Below, in pieces: positions 48,032-58,552 of a stretch of DNA of 64,000 bases. Source of the stretch: Candidatus Entotheonellaceae bacterium (lineage in GTDB: Bacteria > Tectomicrobia > Entotheonellia > Entotheonellales > Entotheonellaceae). Location: assembly GCA_965238075.1 (NCBI GenBank), contig OZ250173.1:2080001-2144000 (forward strand). Direction: 5' to 3'. Position 1 is the stretch's first letter, and the number at the start of each line of letters is the position of its first letter. The notes beneath the pieces are model-generated. The model saw only the letters and a list, made by a program, of their open reading frames with translations. It did no database searches and had not been told where the DNA came from. The translations under genes and the position numbers were made by a program.

Positions 48032-48940
48032 ATGGCGACAACCGGCAACACGGTGACCGCAGGGGCGGGAGCCGAGCCCGCGGCGTTCGATTCGGAGGCG
48101 TACCAGCGCCGCCTGTCGGGTCGTCGCCACCGGCGTTACATCCCCATCGCGGCGGGGATGTTGATGGTCGTGCTGATGCTCGTCGGCGCGGTGCTGGCGC
48201 CACTGATCTCGCCGTTCAGCCCGTCGGCGCAGTTTTCCGACTACGTGCTCGAAGGCCCTGGCGGGCGGCACCTGCTCGGCACCGACGAGTTTGGCCGCGA
48301 CGTGCTCAGCCGCGTCATCTGGGGGACACGGGTTTCCCTGCAAGTCGGGTTGGGCGCGGTCGTCGTCGGCTTTCTGGTCGGCGTGCCGCTCGGCATCCTG
48401 GCGGGGTACAAAGGTGGCGGCACCGAAGCCACAATCATGCGCTGCACTGACATGCTGCTGGCCTTTCCCACCCTGCTGCTGGCGTTGATCATCGTGACGG
48501 CGCTGGGCGGGTCGCTGATCAACGAGATCATCGCCATTGGCGTTGCGCTGACGCCCAGCTTCGTGCGTCTGGCGCGCAGCATGGCCCTGACGATCAAGGA
48601 AAACGACTACATCATGGCGGCGCGCGCCCTCGGCGGCTCCCCGCTGCGCCTCATGGTGCGGCACATCTTCCCGAACGCCGTTTCCACGCTGGTCGTCATT
48701 GCCACCCTGTACATCGCCAACGCCATCCGCACCGAGGCCGGGCTGAGCTTCCTCGGCCTCGGCGTGCCGCCGCCGACCGCCAGCTGGGGCAACATCCTCA
48801 GCGAGGGGCGCCAGTTCATCAAATGCTGCCCGTGGCTGACGACGTTCTCCGGCCTCTCCATCATGCTGGCGGTGCTGTCGTTCAACATCATGGGCGACGC
48901 GCTGCGGGACCTGCTCGACCCGCGGCTGCGGGGGGATTAG
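48032..48940 (+). CDS. Dpp/Opp-type ABC permease (DppC-like)
   Basis: HLLGTDEFGRDVLSR, YIMAARALG, EAGLSFLGLG, GDALRDLLDPR. Confidence 0.93.
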   Translation: MATTGNTVTAGAGAEPAAFDSEAYQRRLSGRRHRRYIPIAAGMLMVVLMLVGAVLAPLISPFSPSAQFSDYVLEGPGGRHLLGTDEFGRDVLSRVIWGTRVSLQVGLGAVVVGFLVGVPLGILAGYKGGGTEATIMRCTDMLLAFPTLLLALIIVTALGGSLINEIIAIGVALTPSFVRLARSMALTIKENDYIMAARALGGSPLRLMVRHIFPNAVSTLVVIATLYIANAIRTEAGLSFLGLGVPPPTASWGNILSEGRQFIKCCPWLTTFSGLSIMLAVLSFNIMGDALRDLLDPRLRGD

Positions 48941-48992
48941 GGCGCCTTGATCCGTTGCGGGGCCGTCGGGCGGGGAGGTATCGAGGTGTCCA

Positions 48993-49781
48993 TTGCTGGC
49001 TGATCTCCTACGCGGCTGCCGTTTCCCGTTCCAGGGCATCGCCTTTCTGGCACGCCACCGCTCCCTGTGGACGTGGGCCGCGCTGCCCGCGGCGGTGAAT
49101 ATCGGCGTTTTCGCCGCCGCTCTGGCCGTCTTCCTGTATTTCTTCGGCACCCTCTACAGCCTTACCACCGGATGGATGGTTCCGGCCGCGCCCGACTTCT
49201 GGCTTGCCTGGGCGTGGGTGGTGCCCTTGCGCGTGTTCGCCTGGTCCATCGGCGTCGTGCTGCTGCTGGCGGCGCTGCTGATCCTGTACGGAGCCTTTCT
49301 GGCCCTCGGCCTGGTGATCGCCGCGCCCTTTCTGGCCCTGCTGTCGCAGCGCGTCGAGGTGTTGGTGACGGGGAAGCAGGGGCAAGAGGCGACAAGCTGG
49401 AGAGCCGCCTTGGCCACCGTGTTTGAATCCGTAGTGGACGAGTTCCGCAAGGTTGCCTTCTTCGCCGCCGTGCAGCTTCTGTTGTGGGTACTGGGCCTCT
49501 TGCTGCCCTTCCTGGCGCCGATTACGATTACCGTCGCAATGCTCTTCACCCTGGTGTTTCTACCGCTTGAGTATGCCAGCTTCGCCATGGACAGCCGGCA
49601 CCTGCGCTTCGCCCAGCGCCGTGTCTTGGTCTGGCGGCATCGCTGGCTCATGCTCGGGTTCGGGGCGTCGGCATCCCTGTCGCTGCTGCTGCCGCTGTTG
49701 AACGTCGTCTGCATGCCCGCCCTGGTTGTCGGCGGCACCCTGATGCTGCTGCACATCGAAGCCCCCGCCGATACCACGTAA
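48993..49781 (+). CDS. EI24/CysZ-like membrane protein
   Basis: Hydrophobic; IAAPF..LSQRVE, EYASFAMD, GFG...LLPLLN...P..V.GGT. Confidence 0.8.
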   Translation: MLADLLRGCRFPFQGIAFLARHRSLWTWAALPAAVNIGVFAAALAVFLYFFGTLYSLTTGWMVPAAPDFWLAWAWVVPLRVFAWSIGVVLLLAALLILYGAFLALGLVIAAPFLALLSQRVEVLVTGKQGQEATSWRAALATVFESVVDEFRKVAFFAAVQLLLWVLGLLLPFLAPITITVAMLFTLVFLPLEYASFAMDSRHLRFAQRRVLVWRHRWLMLGFGASASLSLLLPLLNVVCMPALVVGGTLMLLHIEAPADTT

Positions 49782-49828
49782 GTCCCAGGCCAACTTTTGC
49801 AGAGGCGACGCTCTTTATCGTTGCCCTG

Positions 49829-49837
49829 TGGTATAAT
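49829..49837 (+). promoter_or_regulatory. Extended -10 promoter element upstream of nfeD
   Basis: TG-G-TATAAT consensus about 65 bp upstream of the ATG. Confidence 0.5.
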
Positions 49838-49902
49838 TACGCACTTTTTCGCTCATCCCGCACACCGACGAGCCCCAGGGCTCGCTACTGCTCAGGTGTT
49901 GT

Positions 49903-51207
49903 ATGTCTCGCCTGCTTTTCATTGCCGTCGCGCTACTCGGATTGGCTCTGTCCCTGGGTTCTCCGACCCCGGCAGCCGATTCCCACGTCGATGTTCACGT
50001 TGTTGAGGGCATCATCATTCCCGTCGTCGTCGAATACATGGTCCAAAGCATCGAGCAGGCCGAGGCCGGCAATGCCAGCGCGGTCATTTTTCAGCTCGAC
50101 ACCCCCGGCGGCCTGGTGGAATCGACCCGCCTGATCGTCAAGGCGATCCTGAACGCTAGCGTACCGGTGGTGGTGTACGTATCGCCGAGCGGCGCCCGGG
50201 CGGCTTCGGCCGGCACCTTCATCACCATCGCCGGACACGTCGCGGCGATGGCGCCGGGCACCAACATCGGCGCCGCGCATCCCGTTTCCGGGGAAGGCTC
50301 CGACATCGAGGGCGACATGCGCGCCAAGGCGGAAAACGACCTCGCCGCCTTTGCCCGCTCCATCGCCAACCGGCGCCAGAAAAACGCCGATTGGGCCGAG
50401 AAGGCGGTGCGGGAAAGCGTGTCGATTACCGAAACGCGCGCCCTGGAAATAGAGGTTATCGACATCGTTGCCGAAGACATTGCAGATCTGCTGGCGCAGC
50501 TCGACGGCCGCGAGGTATCGGTGATGGGCGAGCCGGTCACCCTGCGCACGGCGGAATCCACCGTGGTGTCGAAGCAGATGAGTTGGCGCCAGCGCGTGCT
50601 CGCGGTGATCTCTCATCCGCAATTCGCCCTGATGCTGCTGAGCCTGGGCTCGCTGGGCCTGATGATCGAACTGTACAACCCGGGGCTGATCTTCCCCGGC
50701 GTCATCGGCGCCATTTCCCTGTTGCTGGCCTTCTATTCCTTGCAGACCTTGCCGATCAATTACGCCGGCTTGCTGCTGATCGGGCTGAGCATGGTCATGT
50801 TCATTCTGGAAGCCAGTGTCGCCAGCTTCGGCATGCTGACCCTGGGCGGCATGGTGGCCATGTTCCTGGGCGCGCTCATGCTGATCGACTCCCCCGAGGA
50901 ATACCTGCGCATCCCGCTGAGCACGATTATTGTGGTTGTCGGCACTACTGCGGCCCTGTTTACGTTTATCATTGGCGCTGCGGTGCGCGGCTTTCGCAGC
51001 CAGCCGGTCACTGGCTCAGAGGGTATGATCGGCGAGATCGGCACGGTGTTCGCCCGCCTCGACCCGAACGGTACCGTGCAGCTGCGCGGTACCTTGTGGA
51101 GCGCCAGGAGCGCCGCGGACATCGAGGTGGGTGAGGCGGTGCGTATCGTGGAGGTTGACGGACTGAAATTGACTGTTGAGAAGGCTGCAAAGGAGACGTT
51201 TTCATGA
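49903..51207 (+). CDS. nfeD: NfeD family membrane-bound ClpP-class serine protease
   Basis: [26 protein letters not shown] domain, C-terminal OB fold (G.LWSA). Confidence 0.93.
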   Translation: MSRLLFIAVALLGLALSLGSPTPAADSHVDVHVVEGIIIPVVVEYMVQSIEQAEAGNASAVIFQLDTPGGLVESTRLIVKAILNASVPVVVYVSPSGARAASAGTFITIAGHVAAMAPGTNIGAAHPVSGEGSDIEGDMRAKAENDLAAFARSIANRRQKNADWAEKAVRESVSITETRALEIEVIDIVAEDIADLLAQLDGREVSVMGEPVTLRTAESTVVSKQMSWRQRVLAVISHPQFALMLLSLGSLGLMIELYNPGLIFPGVIGAISLLLAFYSLQTLPINYAGLLLIGLSMVMFILEASVASFGMLTLGGMVAMFLGALMLIDSPEEYLRIPLSTIIVVVGTTAALFTFIIGAAVRGFRSQPVTGSEGMIGEIGTVFARLDPNGTVQLRGTLWSARSAADIEVGEAVRIVEVDGLKLTVEKAAKETFS

Positions 51208-52082
51208 TGCTGTCGCAGGTTGGGTTCGTGCTTATTGTTGTTCTGCTGCTCCTCGTCAATGCCGTCCGGATTCTGCGCGAGTGGGAGCGCGGCGTCGTGC
51301 TGCGCCTCGGCAGGTATCAGGCCGTACGCGGGCCGGGGCTGGTCTTTATCATTCCGCTGATCGAGAAGATGCACAGGATCAACACGCGGGTGGTGAACGT
51401 GGACGTGCCGCCACAGGACATCATTACCAAGGACAACGTCACCCTCAAGGTCAACGCCGTTGTCTTCTTCCGGATTCTCAGCCCCAAAGAGGCGGTGGTG
51501 AACGTCGAGGAGTACTTTTCGGCGACCTACCAGAAGGCCCAAACGGTGTTGCGTAATGTGCTGGGGCAGTTCGAACTGGATGAGTTGTTAAGCGCGCGCG
51601 ACACCATCAACCATCGCCTGCAGACGATTCTGGATTCCGAGACCGACCAGTGGGGTATCAAGGTCGATTCGGTTGAGATCAAACACGTGGACTTGCCGCA
51701 GGAAATGCAGAGAGCCATGGCCCGGCAGGCGGAGGCCGAACGCGAACGGCGCGCGAAGGTCATCGCGGCAGAGGGCGAGTTTCAGGCTTCGACGCGGCTG
51801 GCCGAGGCCGCCGACATCATGGGACGCCACCCCATGTCGCTGCAACTGCGCTTCCTGCAGACCCTCACGGATGTGGCGGTGGAGAACAATTCGACGATTG
51901 TCTTTCCGATACCCATTGATCTTATCAAGCCGTTGATAGACATGGCTGAGAGGACTGGGCTGTCTGGCAATGGCGGCCCTCCCACCACCAACGCCGACGG
52001 CGGCGACGCGCCTGCAGCGGTCGAGGAAATCGCGGTGGCCAGCGGTCAGGAAACAGGGGTCAGTGAGGCGGGCGACGAGTAG
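51204..52082 (+). CDS. SPFH/band-7 (stomatin-like, slipin) protein
   Basis: [52 protein letters not shown] overlap with nfeD. Confidence 0.94.
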   Translation: MMLSQVGFVLIVVLLLLVNAVRILREWERGVVLRLGRYQAVRGPGLVFIIPLIEKMHRINTRVVNVDVPPQDIITKDNVTLKVNAVVFFRILSPKEAVVNVEEYFSATYQKAQTVLRNVLGQFELDELLSARDTINHRLQTILDSETDQWGIKVDSVEIKHVDLPQEMQRAMARQAEAERERRAKVIAAEGEFQASTRLAEAADIMGRHPMSLQLRFLQTLTDVAVENNSTIVFPIPIDLIKPLIDMAERTGLSGNGGPPTTNADGGDAPAAVEEIAVASGQETGVSEAGDE

Positions 52083-52106
52083 CCAGACAGGAAATTCCTG
52101 GCTGGC
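52079..52106 (+). repeat. GTAG-led palindrome (family 2-like) or bidirectional terminator between convergent genes
   Basis: GTA-GCCAGACAGGAAATTCCTGGCTGGC is a near-perfect palindrome; its GTAG contains the SPFH stop codon. Confidence 0.5.
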
Positions 52107-52115
52107 CGTACGGAT

Positions 52116-52745
52116 TTAACGAGGCACTTCCAGAATCGCCTGCACCATGTGACGTTCCAGAGCTTGACCCAGGCGTTGTGTGAGGGCTTGCTGGGTGTAG
52201 TTGCCCAGCGTGACTACGTACGCCACGCCCAGCAGCCGACCCACCCGGAAATCCACCACCGTCGACGATACGGGACCTTCCGGGCTGCTCTGCAACACGC
52301 GCAGTCCCGCGGTCTCGTCCGCGAAACCCTTGAATTGCAGGCGTTCCGCCACCAGCAAGTACTGCCCCGGGTGAATCTCCTCATCGAGCCGCGACTCGAA
52401 ATCCCGCAGAAAGACCTCCTCGATCCAGCGCGACACGGATTGCGTTTCGTCGAACAAATGCACCACGGTGGATGCTGCCAGAATGAACCCCGGCGGTATC
52501 TTGCGGCTCTCGGGCGCCGCGGGCAGGAATTCTTGCAGATATCCCGTCAGCCGGCCTACCTTCCGGAAGCGCTCGGCGGTGCTGCCCGGCAGGCCCTGTT
52601 CTGCCAGGCTGTGGTTGTCCAGAAAGCCCGCGCGCACCGCTATAAAGTCGCGCAGCGGCGCCGGCAAGGCCGCTCGGCTCAGGGCCATGCGTGGCAGATC
52701 GTCCGCCGTAATCGCCTGGGTGACTTGATGGAGCGCCTCGGACAC
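52116..52745 (-). CDS. Conserved hypothetical protein
   Basis: Plausible globular ORF filling the gap between convergent and divergent neighbours; GTG start inferred. Confidence 0.65.
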   Translation of the reverse strand: MSEALHQVTQAITADDLPRMALSRAALPAPLRDFIAVRAGFLDNHSLAEQGLPGSTAERFRKVGRLTGYLQEFLPAAPESRKIPPGFILAASTVVHLFDETQSVSRWIEEVFLRDFESRLDEEIHPGQYLLVAERLQFKGFADETAGLRVLQSSPEGPVSSTVVDFRVGRLLGVAYVVTLGNYTQQALTQRLGQALERHMVQAILEVPR

Positions 52746-52846
52746 TGGGAACACCTCAATCAATCGGTAAGAAACCCCGGAGTTATGATATTCTGTCGTT
52801 CATCGCAGGGTTGGATATTCCGCCGCCATCACCAGAGGAGAAGGCC

Positions 52847-53245
52847 ATGAAAGCAACCAAAATCGTCAAGACAGATGCGGAGTGGCGCCAGCAACTGACC
52901 CCGGCGCAATATGAAGTCTGTCGCCGCAAGGGCACGGAACGCGCCTTCACCGGGGAGTATCACGACTCAAAAGAGCCCGGCATTTATCAATGTATGTGCT
53001 GCGGCAGCGATTTGTTCAACTCCGACACCAAATTCGATTCGAGAACCGGATGGCCCAGCTTCTGGCAGCCGCTAACACCCGAGAGCGTCGAGTACGAAGA
53101 GGACCGCGGCTTTTTCATGCGCCGCACCGAGGTCATGTGCAGCACCTGCGACGCCCATCTCGGCCACGTTTTCGACGACGGCCCGGCGCCCACCTACAAA
53201 CGCTATTGCCTCAATTCCGTGTCGCTCAAGCGGGTGCCGAAGTAG
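52847..53245 (+). CDS. msrB: Peptide-methionine (R)-S-oxide reductase
   Basis: GTERAFTG, CMCC, GWPSF, CSTC.AHLGHVFDDGP, RYCLNS; GAGGAG RBS. Confidence 0.96.
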   Translation: MKATKIVKTDAEWRQQLTPAQYEVCRRKGTERAFTGEYHDSKEPGIYQCMCCGSDLFNSDTKFDSRTGWPSFWQPLTPESVEYEEDRGFFMRRTEVMCSTCDAHLGHVFDDGPAPTYKRYCLNSVSLKRVPK

Positions 53246-53251
53246 ATTCCC

Positions 53252-56098
53252 TTATCCCGCACCCATCCGCTCAACGATTTTCTCGACCCGCACGGCGCAG
53301 AATTTGAACTCCGGTATTTTGCCGTACGGGTCGAGGGCGTCGATGGTCAGCAGGTTGGCGGCGGCTTCCTTGAAGTGAAACGGCAGGAAGACGCTGCCCG
53401 TTGACGGCTTGATCGACGCCGTCACCTTGACCGTGATCTCGCCCCGCCGCGATACCACCCGCACCCGCTCGCCATCCTCAATACTCAACGCCGTCATATC
53501 CTCCGGCGTCATCTCCAGCAACGCTTCCGGCACCATGGCATCCAGGGCCTTGGCGCGCCGTGTCATGGTGCCCGTGTGCCAGTGCTGCAGCACCCGGCCG
53601 GTGTTTAGCACCAAGGGGTAATCCGCGTCCGGCAACTCCTTGGCGGGGGCGAATTCGGCGGGCGCGAACTTGCCTTTGCCGCGCGGGAAGCCGTCGGTAA
53701 AACGGATCAGCACGCCCGGATGCTGGGGTTCCGGGCACGGCCACGGAATGCCCTCGTGCGCCAGCCGCTCGTAGGTGATGCCGGTGAACACGGGCGTCAG
53801 GGACACGATCTCCCGCCAGATGGCCTCCTCCGAGGCGTACGACATCGGGTAGCCCATGCGCGCCGCAAGGTCGGCGATGATCCGCCAGTCGTCGCGCACC
53901 TGTCCCGGCGGCTCGATGGCCTGCCGGGCGAGCTGAACGCGCGAATCCGTGTTGGTGAAGGTGCCGGTCTTCTCGGGAAAGCTCGTGCCCGGCAGGATCA
54001 CGTCGGCGTACGCCGCGGTTTCGGTGAGGAAGATGTCCTGCACCACCAGGAAGTCCATGCTGGCCAGGCACTTCTTTACCTTGTTGATGTTGGGATCGCT
54101 CAGAAAGGGGTTCTCGCCCATCATGAACATCGCCCGGATGTTGCCCTCCAGCACCGCTGACATGATCTCCACCACCGTAAGGCCCGGTTCGGGGTCGAGC
54201 GTGACTCCCCAGACGTCCTCGAATTTCCGCCGCACCTCGGCGTCCGCAACGCTCTGGTAGCCGGTGTAAACCATGGGAATGAGGCCGACGTCCGAGGCGC
54301 CCTGTACGTTGTTCTGGCCGCGCAAAGGATGCAGGCCGGTGCCGGGCCGGCCGATGTTGCCGGTGAGCAGCGCCAGGTTGATGAGACAGCGGGAGTTGTC
54401 GGTGCCGGTGGTGTGCTGCGAGATGCCCATGCCCCAGAAGATCATGGCGCGCTTGGCCCGCCCGTAGGCGCGGGCCACGTCGATCAGCTTTTGCTCCGGC
54501 ACCCCGGTGAGGCGCGACACCAGGCGCGGCGTGTAGGCGATCACCGTGTCGCGCAGGCGGTCGAAAGCCTCGGTGCGTTCTTCGATGAAGTCGGCGTCGT
54601 AAAGCTCCTCGCGGATGATGACGTGCATGAGGCCGTTGAGGAACGCCACGTCGGTGCCGGGGTTGAAGCGCACGTAATGGTCGGCGTGGTCGGCGATCTC
54701 GGGCCGTCGCGGGTCGGCGACGAGTAGCGTGGTGCCGGCGTTGGCGGCCTGCTTGATGAACGTCGCTGCCACCGGGTGGTTGTGCGTGGTATTGGAGCCG
54801 ATGATGAAGATGGCGTCGGTGTCCAGCGCGTCGGAAAACGGGTTCGACACCGAGCCGCCGCCGATCTGGTCGAGCAAGGCGGCCACCGAGGAAGCGTGGC
54901 ACAGTCGCGTGCAGTGATCGACGTTGTTGGTGCCGAAGACGGCGCGGATGAGCTTCTGGAACAGGTAGTTATCCTCATTCGAGCACTTGGCGGATCCGAA
55001 ACCGGCCAGCGCCTGGCTGCCGTGCGCTTCCCGGACGGCCATGAAGCGCTGCGCCGCCAGGTCGAGGGCCTCGTCCCAGGTCGCTTCCCGGAACGCCTGG
55101 CGCGGATCGGCAGGCGGCTCGGGAACCTTCGGGTAGTACTCCGGCTTGCGAATCAGCGGCACCAGCAGGCGCTCGCCGTGGTGCACGTAATCGAAGCCGT
55201 AGCGGCCTTTGACGCACAGCCGGCCATGATTCACCGGACTGGCGCGTCCGGACACCTGCACAATGGTGTTGGCCTCCGTGTTGACCGTGTACGTGATGCT
55301 GCACCCGACGCCGCAGTAGGGGCACAGGGAGTCGACTTGTTTGTGATCGACGTCCGTCAGCATCGGCAGAGTCAGGGGCTTGTCGGTCAGGGCGCCGGTC
55401 GGGCAGGCGGCCATGCACTCGCCGCAGGAAACGCAGCTCGACTGGCCCATCGGCAGGTCGTTGTCGAAGGCGATGCGCGCCGTGTAGCCCTTGCCGGTGC
55501 GCCCGATGACATCGTTGCATTGCACGTCGTCGCAGGCGCGGATGCAGCGGTCGCACAGGATACAGGCGTTGTGATCGACGGCGATGACCGATGACGACAG
55601 GTCGTGTCCGTTATCAAAACTTGCTAGCAATTGGCGGGCGGGGAAGCGCGGCGTCGTGACGCCCTGCGCGGCGGCGAGCTCCAGCAGCAGGTCAGGCTTG
55701 CCGGCTTGCCGCGGCGGGGCTGGCTTGCCGTTGGCGGTGGGATAGTCGGCCATGAGCAGTTCGGTCAGCATGGCCCGCGACCGCGTTACCTTGTCGCCGT
55801 TCGTGTGCACCACCATGCCGTCCTCGGCTTGACGCACGCAGGCGGCCTGCAGCACGCGGCTGCCCTCCACTTCGACCACGCACATGCGGCAGACGCCAAC
55901 CGGCTCCAGCTTGGGTGAGTGGCACAGTACGGGAACATCGATTCCCGCCTGTTGAGCGGCCTCGTACAGGGTCGTGCCGGGCGCCACGTCGAGTAATTGG
56001 CCGTCCATCGTGATGCGGACACCACTCGCCGTGCTCGTGCTGTCTTGTCCTATAGGCTCACTGGCGTTCGCTGTGGTGGTTGCGATGGCTTCAGACAT
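53252..56098 (-). CDS. NAD-linked formate dehydrogenase alpha subunit (FdsA/FdhF-like, Cys-ligated)
   Basis: N-terminal [2Fe-2S] and two [4Fe-4S] motifs, CPYCGVGC...LCVKG, NNVDHCTRLCH, LRGQNNVQG, KIPEFK. Confidence 0.94.
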   Translation of the reverse strand: MSEAIATTTANASEPIGQDSTSTASGVRITMDGQLLDVAPGTTLYEAAQQAGIDVPVLCHSPKLEPVGVCRMCVVEVEGSRVLQAACVRQAEDGMVVHTNGDKVTRSRAMLTELLMADYPTANGKPAPPRQAGKPDLLLELAAAQGVTTPRFPARQLLASFDNGHDLSSSVIAVDHNACILCDRCIRACDDVQCNDVIGRTGKGYTARIAFDNDLPMGQSSCVSCGECMAACPTGALTDKPLTLPMLTDVDHKQVDSLCPYCGVGCSITYTVNTEANTIVQVSGRASPVNHGRLCVKGRYGFDYVHHGERLLVPLIRKPEYYPKVPEPPADPRQAFREATWDEALDLAAQRFMAVREAHGSQALAGFGSAKCSNEDNYLFQKLIRAVFGTNNVDHCTRLCHASSVAALLDQIGGGSVSNPFSDALDTDAIFIIGSNTTHNHPVAATFIKQAANAGTTLLVADPRRPEIADHADHYVRFNPGTDVAFLNGLMHVIIREELYDADFIEERTEAFDRLRDTVIAYTPRLVSRLTGVPEQKLIDVARAYGRAKRAMIFWGMGISQHTTGTDNSRCLINLALLTGNIGRPGTGLHPLRGQNNVQGASDVGLIPMVYTGYQSVADAEVRRKFEDVWGVTLDPEPGLTVVEIMSAVLEGNIRAMFMMGENPFLSDPNINKVKKCLASMDFLVVQDIFLTETAAYADVILPGTSFPEKTGTFTNTDSRVQLARQAIEPPGQVRDDWRIIADLAARMGYPMSYASEEAIWREIVSLTPVFTGITYERLAHEGIPWPCPEPQHPGVLIRFTDGFPRGKGKFAPAEFAPAKELPDADYPLVLNTGRVLQHWHTGTMTRRAKALDAMVPEALLEMTPEDMTALSIEDGERVRVVSRRGEITVKVTASIKPSTGSVFLPFHFKEAAANLLTIDALDPYGKIPEFKFCAVRVEKIVERMGAG

Positions 56099-56120
56099 GG
56101 GTGCTCCCTCGCTCCGCTGA

Positions 56121-57749
56121 TCACGCCGCGATGTAGCGGGTGATATCGTCCTTGAAGTGCTTGATGACCGACAAGATGGGGTTCGGCGCCGCCTGGCCCA
56201 GGCCGCAGATCGAGGTCAGCGCCATGGTTGCCGACAGTTCCTCGATGAGTTCCAGGTCGGCCCACGAGCCACGTCCCTCCAGGATGCCTTCCAGGAGCGT
56301 GACGATCTTCTCCGAGCCGACCCGGCAGGGCACGCACTTGCCGCACGATTCGTTGCGGAAGAAACGCCCGACGTTGAGGGCCAGTTCCAGCATGCAGACG
56401 TCATCGCCGACGACCACCACCGCGCCCGATCCGAGCATCGAGCCGGCCTCCGCCAGGGTGCGAAAATCCAGGGGGATATCGGCCATGCTGGCGGGCAAAA
56501 AGCCGGACGACGCGCCGCCGGGAGCAAAGGCTTTGAGGGTGCGGCCGTACCGCATGCCGCCGGCACGTTCGATCAAGTCGCGCACCGTCAGGCCGAGCGG
56601 CACCTCGTACACGCCGGGGTTCTTGACCTGACCGCTGACCGCCAGGAATTTCAGGCCCTTGGCGCTGTTCCTGCCGTGTTCGGCCCACCAGTCGCCGCCG
56701 TTGAGGACGATGCCGGGCACCATGGCGAAGGTCTCGACATTATTCAGCAGCGTCGGGGCGCCGAACAGCCCGTGCGTACCCGGGAAGGGCGGCTTGTGGC
56801 GCGGCTCCGCCCGCTTGTCCTCCAGGGCTTCGAGGAGGGCGGTCTCCTCGCCGCAGATGTAGCCGCCGGGACTCTCGAAAATCTCGAACTCCACGTGGTG
56901 CGAGGACCCCATCATGTATTGGCCGAGGACGCCCTCCGCCTGCCGTTGCCGCAGCGTCTTGAGCAGCACGTCGCGCTGGCGGGCGTATTCGTGGCGGATG
57001 TAGATGATAGCCTTGCGCGCCCCCACCGTCACCGCGGCCAAGGCCATGCCCTCCAGGACCAGATCGGGTAGTGTCTGCAAGATGACGCGATCCTTGAACG
57101 TCCCCGGCTCGCTCTCGTCAGCGTTGCAGATGACGTACTTCACTTCGCCCGGCGCCTGTTGCACCAACTCCCACTTGACGCCGGCGGGAAATCCGGCGCC
57201 GCCCATGCCGCGCAGGCCGCTCGCCTTGAGGGCTGCGAGCACCGCGGCGCTGTCGCCGCCGTGGACCAGACGACGCAGCGCATCGTATGTGGGCGCGCCG
57301 TCGTAGGGGTCGCAGACGAACGCCGTATCGGGCGTGGAGAAACGTTGTCGCCGCAGGGTGCGCCCGTTGGCCAACGACTCGAGCAGGGACATGATACGCT
57401 GGGCGCTCGCTTCGGTGTAGATCTGGTCGTTCACAACGATGGCGGGCGCGCCGTCGCATTGTCCCAGGCACGCCGTGGTGCCTACGTGTACGTCCGTCAG
57501 GGGCGAGGCATCTACCGCGGTGCGGGCGATGGCCTGCAAATCTGTTGCGCCGCGCAACAGGCAGGCCATGTCGTGGCATACTCTGAGGTCGACTTTGGGG
57601 GGCGGCTGCAAGCGAAAATGGGGATAAAAACTGGCCAGTCCGTGCAAGCGATAAAGGGGTACGTTGATGCGGCGGGAAAGGGCCTGTAATTCTTCTGCAG
57701 GCAAGTACGAGTGGGTTTTCTGAATCAGGTTGAGTTCCTGAATAATCAT
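56121..57749 (-). CDS. NuoE-NuoF (FdsG-FdsB-like) fusion, NAD(H)/FMN-binding subunit of formate dehydrogenase
   Basis: VCHDMAC and CLGQC (NuoE), then SGLRGMGGAGFP, NADESEPGTFKD, YICGEET, ESCGKCVPCR, SICGLG (NuoF). Start placed at MIIQEL, downstream of a promoter. Confidence 0.92.
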   Translation of the reverse strand: MIIQELNLIQKTHSYLPAEELQALSRRINVPLYRLHGLASFYPHFRLQPPPKVDLRVCHDMACLLRGATDLQAIARTAVDASPLTDVHVGTTACLGQCDGAPAIVVNDQIYTEASAQRIMSLLESLANGRTLRRQRFSTPDTAFVCDPYDGAPTYDALRRLVHGGDSAAVLAALKASGLRGMGGAGFPAGVKWELVQQAPGEVKYVICNADESEPGTFKDRVILQTLPDLVLEGMALAAVTVGARKAIIYIRHEYARQRDVLLKTLRQRQAEGVLGQYMMGSSHHVEFEIFESPGGYICGEETALLEALEDKRAEPRHKPPFPGTHGLFGAPTLLNNVETFAMVPGIVLNGGDWWAEHGRNSAKGLKFLAVSGQVKNPGVYEVPLGLTVRDLIERAGGMRYGRTLKAFAPGGASSGFLPASMADIPLDFRTLAEAGSMLGSGAVVVVGDDVCMLELALNVGRFFRNESCGKCVPCRVGSEKIVTLLEGILEGRGSWADLELIEELSATMALTSICGLGQAAPNPILSVIKHFKDDITRYIAA

Positions 57750-57801
57750 GTAAGGGTTGCCCCGCAGCGCTTGTGACCCGGAGGGGAAAAGATCGGGCGC
57801 A

Positions 57802-57888
57802 ACCTTACCGTGCTTTGGGGGCATCGTCAACACTGCCGGGGACCTTTCAAACCGGCGTTTGACAGCTTTTGAAGCGGCGTTCTACACT
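57802..57888. promoter_or_regulatory. Divergent sigma70-like promoters for the fdh operon and mobA
   Basis: Minus strand TTGACG-17-TAAGGT (57830-57802); plus strand TTGACA-18-TACACT (57859-57888). Confidence 0.55.
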
Positions 57889-57946
57889 GCCGTGCGCTGC
57901 GGCGTAGACGGCATCCGAAAATCCCGGCATGGCAAGGAGCGAGCCC

Positions 57947-58552
57947 ATGAAAGCTTTATCTGATGGCGTCACGGGCGTCCTGCTCGCCGGCGGCAACAGC
58001 AGCCGTATGGGCCGGAACAAGGCCCTCATGACGCTTGCCGGACACCGCCTCGTTGACCGTGCCTTGGCCGTCTTGCGCGGCCTCTTTGACGACTTGCTGA
58101 TGGTCACCAACAGCCCCGACCTGTACGCCGACCTCGGCATCCGCATGGTGTCCGACCTCGTTGCCGGCAAAGGCGCCCTCGGCGGTATCCACAGCGCTAT
58201 CCACCACGCCGCTACACCATACTGTCTCGTCGTGGCCTGCGACATGCCGTTCCTGAACGCCGCCGTCTTACGCTATCTGGTCGAGCAGCGAGCGGGGTAT
58301 GACGTCGTCGTGCCCAGCGTGTACGGCAGGCCGCAGCCGCTGCACGCCGTCTACGGCAAAGCCTGCTTGCAGCCCATCGCCCGGCGTCTGGAGACGGATC
58401 GCCTCCACGTCGTGGGTTTTTTCCCGGACGTGCGGGTGCGGGAGGTTACGGCGGAGGAACTGGCGGGTTTTGACCCCGAGGGTCTGTCGTTCCGCAATTT
58501 GAATACGCCGGAGGAGTTTGCCGACGCGGCGCGCCGGCTGGATGCGCCTTAG
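57947..58552 (+). CDS. mobA: Molybdenum cofactor guanylyltransferase
   Basis: LLAGG.SSRMGRNKA, G.LGGI, VVACDMPF, QPLHAVY, NLNTPEE; AAGGAG RBS. Confidence 0.93.
   Translation: MKALSDGVTGVLLAGGNSSRMGRNKALMTLAGHRLVDRALAVLRGLFDDLLMVTNSPDLYADLGIRMVSDLVAGKGALGGIHSAIHHAATPYCLVVACDMPFLNAAVLRYLVEQRAGYDVVVPSVYGRPQPLHAVYGKACLQPIARRLETDRLHVVGFFPDVRVREVTAEELAGFDPEGLSFRNLNTPEEFADAARRLDAP

Noticed and set aside
54890-54930. Selenocysteine in formate dehydrogenase (or in MsrB)
   Set aside because: The FDH active site reads DHCTRLCH with a Cys codon, and both ORFs are uninterrupted.
57750-57833. N-terminal extension of the NuoE-NuoF ORF
   Set aside because: It coincides with a TTGACG-17-TAAGGT promoter, and NuoE similarity starts at MIIQEL.
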